The position numbers and the translations under genes were made by a program. A stretch of DNA of 63,937 nt, filler included, from Octopus bimaculoides (lineage: Eukaryota), in the NCBI RefSeq assembly GCF_001194135.2. It is 4 parts of 4 records of this genome, joined end to end, with 100 filler letters (N's around TTAATTAATTAA, not from the genome) between each part and the next. Parts side by side here need not be neighbours in the genome. Positions count along the whole stretch, not along the records: positions 62,913 to 63,937 come from NC_069010.1; 3 more parts are not named here. The stretch is one strand, 5' to 3'. Of the stretch, positions 63,113 through 63,937 are shown in pieces (the first letter of the stretch is position 1; the number at the start of each line of letters is the position of its first letter). The notes under the pieces were generated by a model. The model saw nothing but the letters and a program-made list of their open reading frames with translations. It ran no database searches and was not told the origin of the DNA.

Positions 63113-63691
63113 TGTGTATATATATATATATATATATATTATAAGGTTTTTAAACTTTTAAATTTTCATATTCAAGAGAGACAGAGACTTCAAATTCCTC
63201 TGTAAAAATTATTATATATATATGCTAGTAAGGAAGACGGATGTTAAATGATAATAATATGCATATATATGTATGTGTATATATACTTATGTGTGTCTAT
63301 GCATGTGTGTGTGTTCTTATCTGACAAAAATAAACTCCCCCATGGTGTATTAAATAGCTTCATGTTCCACATGCAGTCACAAATTGAGTCGACTGCCAAG
63401 CAAACAAACACAATTCGGATGCGACTAAATCCTTATTAAAACGTTAATTAGATTACGAGTGAACTGAAACACGATCCCGTTTATTCGTTAGCGATAATGA
63501 GTCACAAAAGGGTTAAGCAAAATGCTCCAAACATTAGTTCATGGCATCAATTAATAGTACAAAGACATGAAATAAACCCATGCAAAGAGGTGTGCCTATG
63601 TGGGCGTATGTGTATTTATATACACACATACATATATATATATATATACACACATATGTATATATATATACACACATATGTATATATATAC

Positions 63692-63937
63692 AAGCTGAAC
63701 ATTAGAAGCATCAGTTGTGGTGTGCAAGAGAGACGATTGCGCTGGTATGGACATGTGGTGAGAATGGATGAGGATAGCTGCGTGAAAAAGTGCCACACCC
63801 TAACAGTTGAGGGAACCCGTGGAAGAGGTAGGCCCAGGAAGACCTGGGCTGAGGTGGTGAGGCAAGACCTTCGTACATTGGGCCTCACCGAGGCGATGAC
63901 TACTGACCGAGACCTTTGGAAATGTGCTGTGCGTGAG
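63692..63937 (+). pseudogene. RTE-clade LINE ORF C-terminal fragment (5'-truncated, runs off the window)
   Basis: Open 82 codons: ERRLRWYGHVVRM...GTRGRGRPRKTWAEVVRQDL...DRDLW. Confidence 0.9.

Noticed and set aside
1-63937. CRISPR arrays, rRNA, true tRNA genes, prokaryotic operons
   Set aside because: None seen. The tRNA-like boxes belong to SINE heads.

Overview
This is AT-rich, microsatellite-dense eukaryotic repeat DNA with many N gaps. The SINE families, microsatellites and LINE/Penelope content suggest an octopus-like coleoid cephalopod; that is inferred from recalled repeat families, not searched. No host gene can be called with confidence; there are only weak minus-strand exon candidates. 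Most long ORFs in the track are artefacts of N runs and microsatellites. Three identical 100-nt spacers (44N-TTAATTAATTAA-44N) split the window into four separately assembled blocks. Supported content: two high-copy tRNA-derived SINE families, decayed R4/Dong-like, CR1/Jockey-group and RTE LINE fragments, a mariner MITE, and Penelope-like elements (PLEs). Main findings: (1) at least six type I hammerhead-ribozyme (HHR) folds in four sequence contexts, almost all with non-canonical cores, including a 3-copy (TA)n-associated family with a fixed CUGUNGA core and one HHR enclosed in a 34-bp terminal-inverted-repeat hairpin; (2) a roughly 5.4-kb composite at 24960-30370 in which a large palindrome with telomere-like repeats precedes, on one strand, Myb/SANT + CCCH ORF1-like + truncated APE endonuclease + PLE RT/GIY-YIG + HHR, with a second PLE GIY-YIG remnant pointing the other way. 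All folds and alignments were done by eye. No database search or folding program was run.
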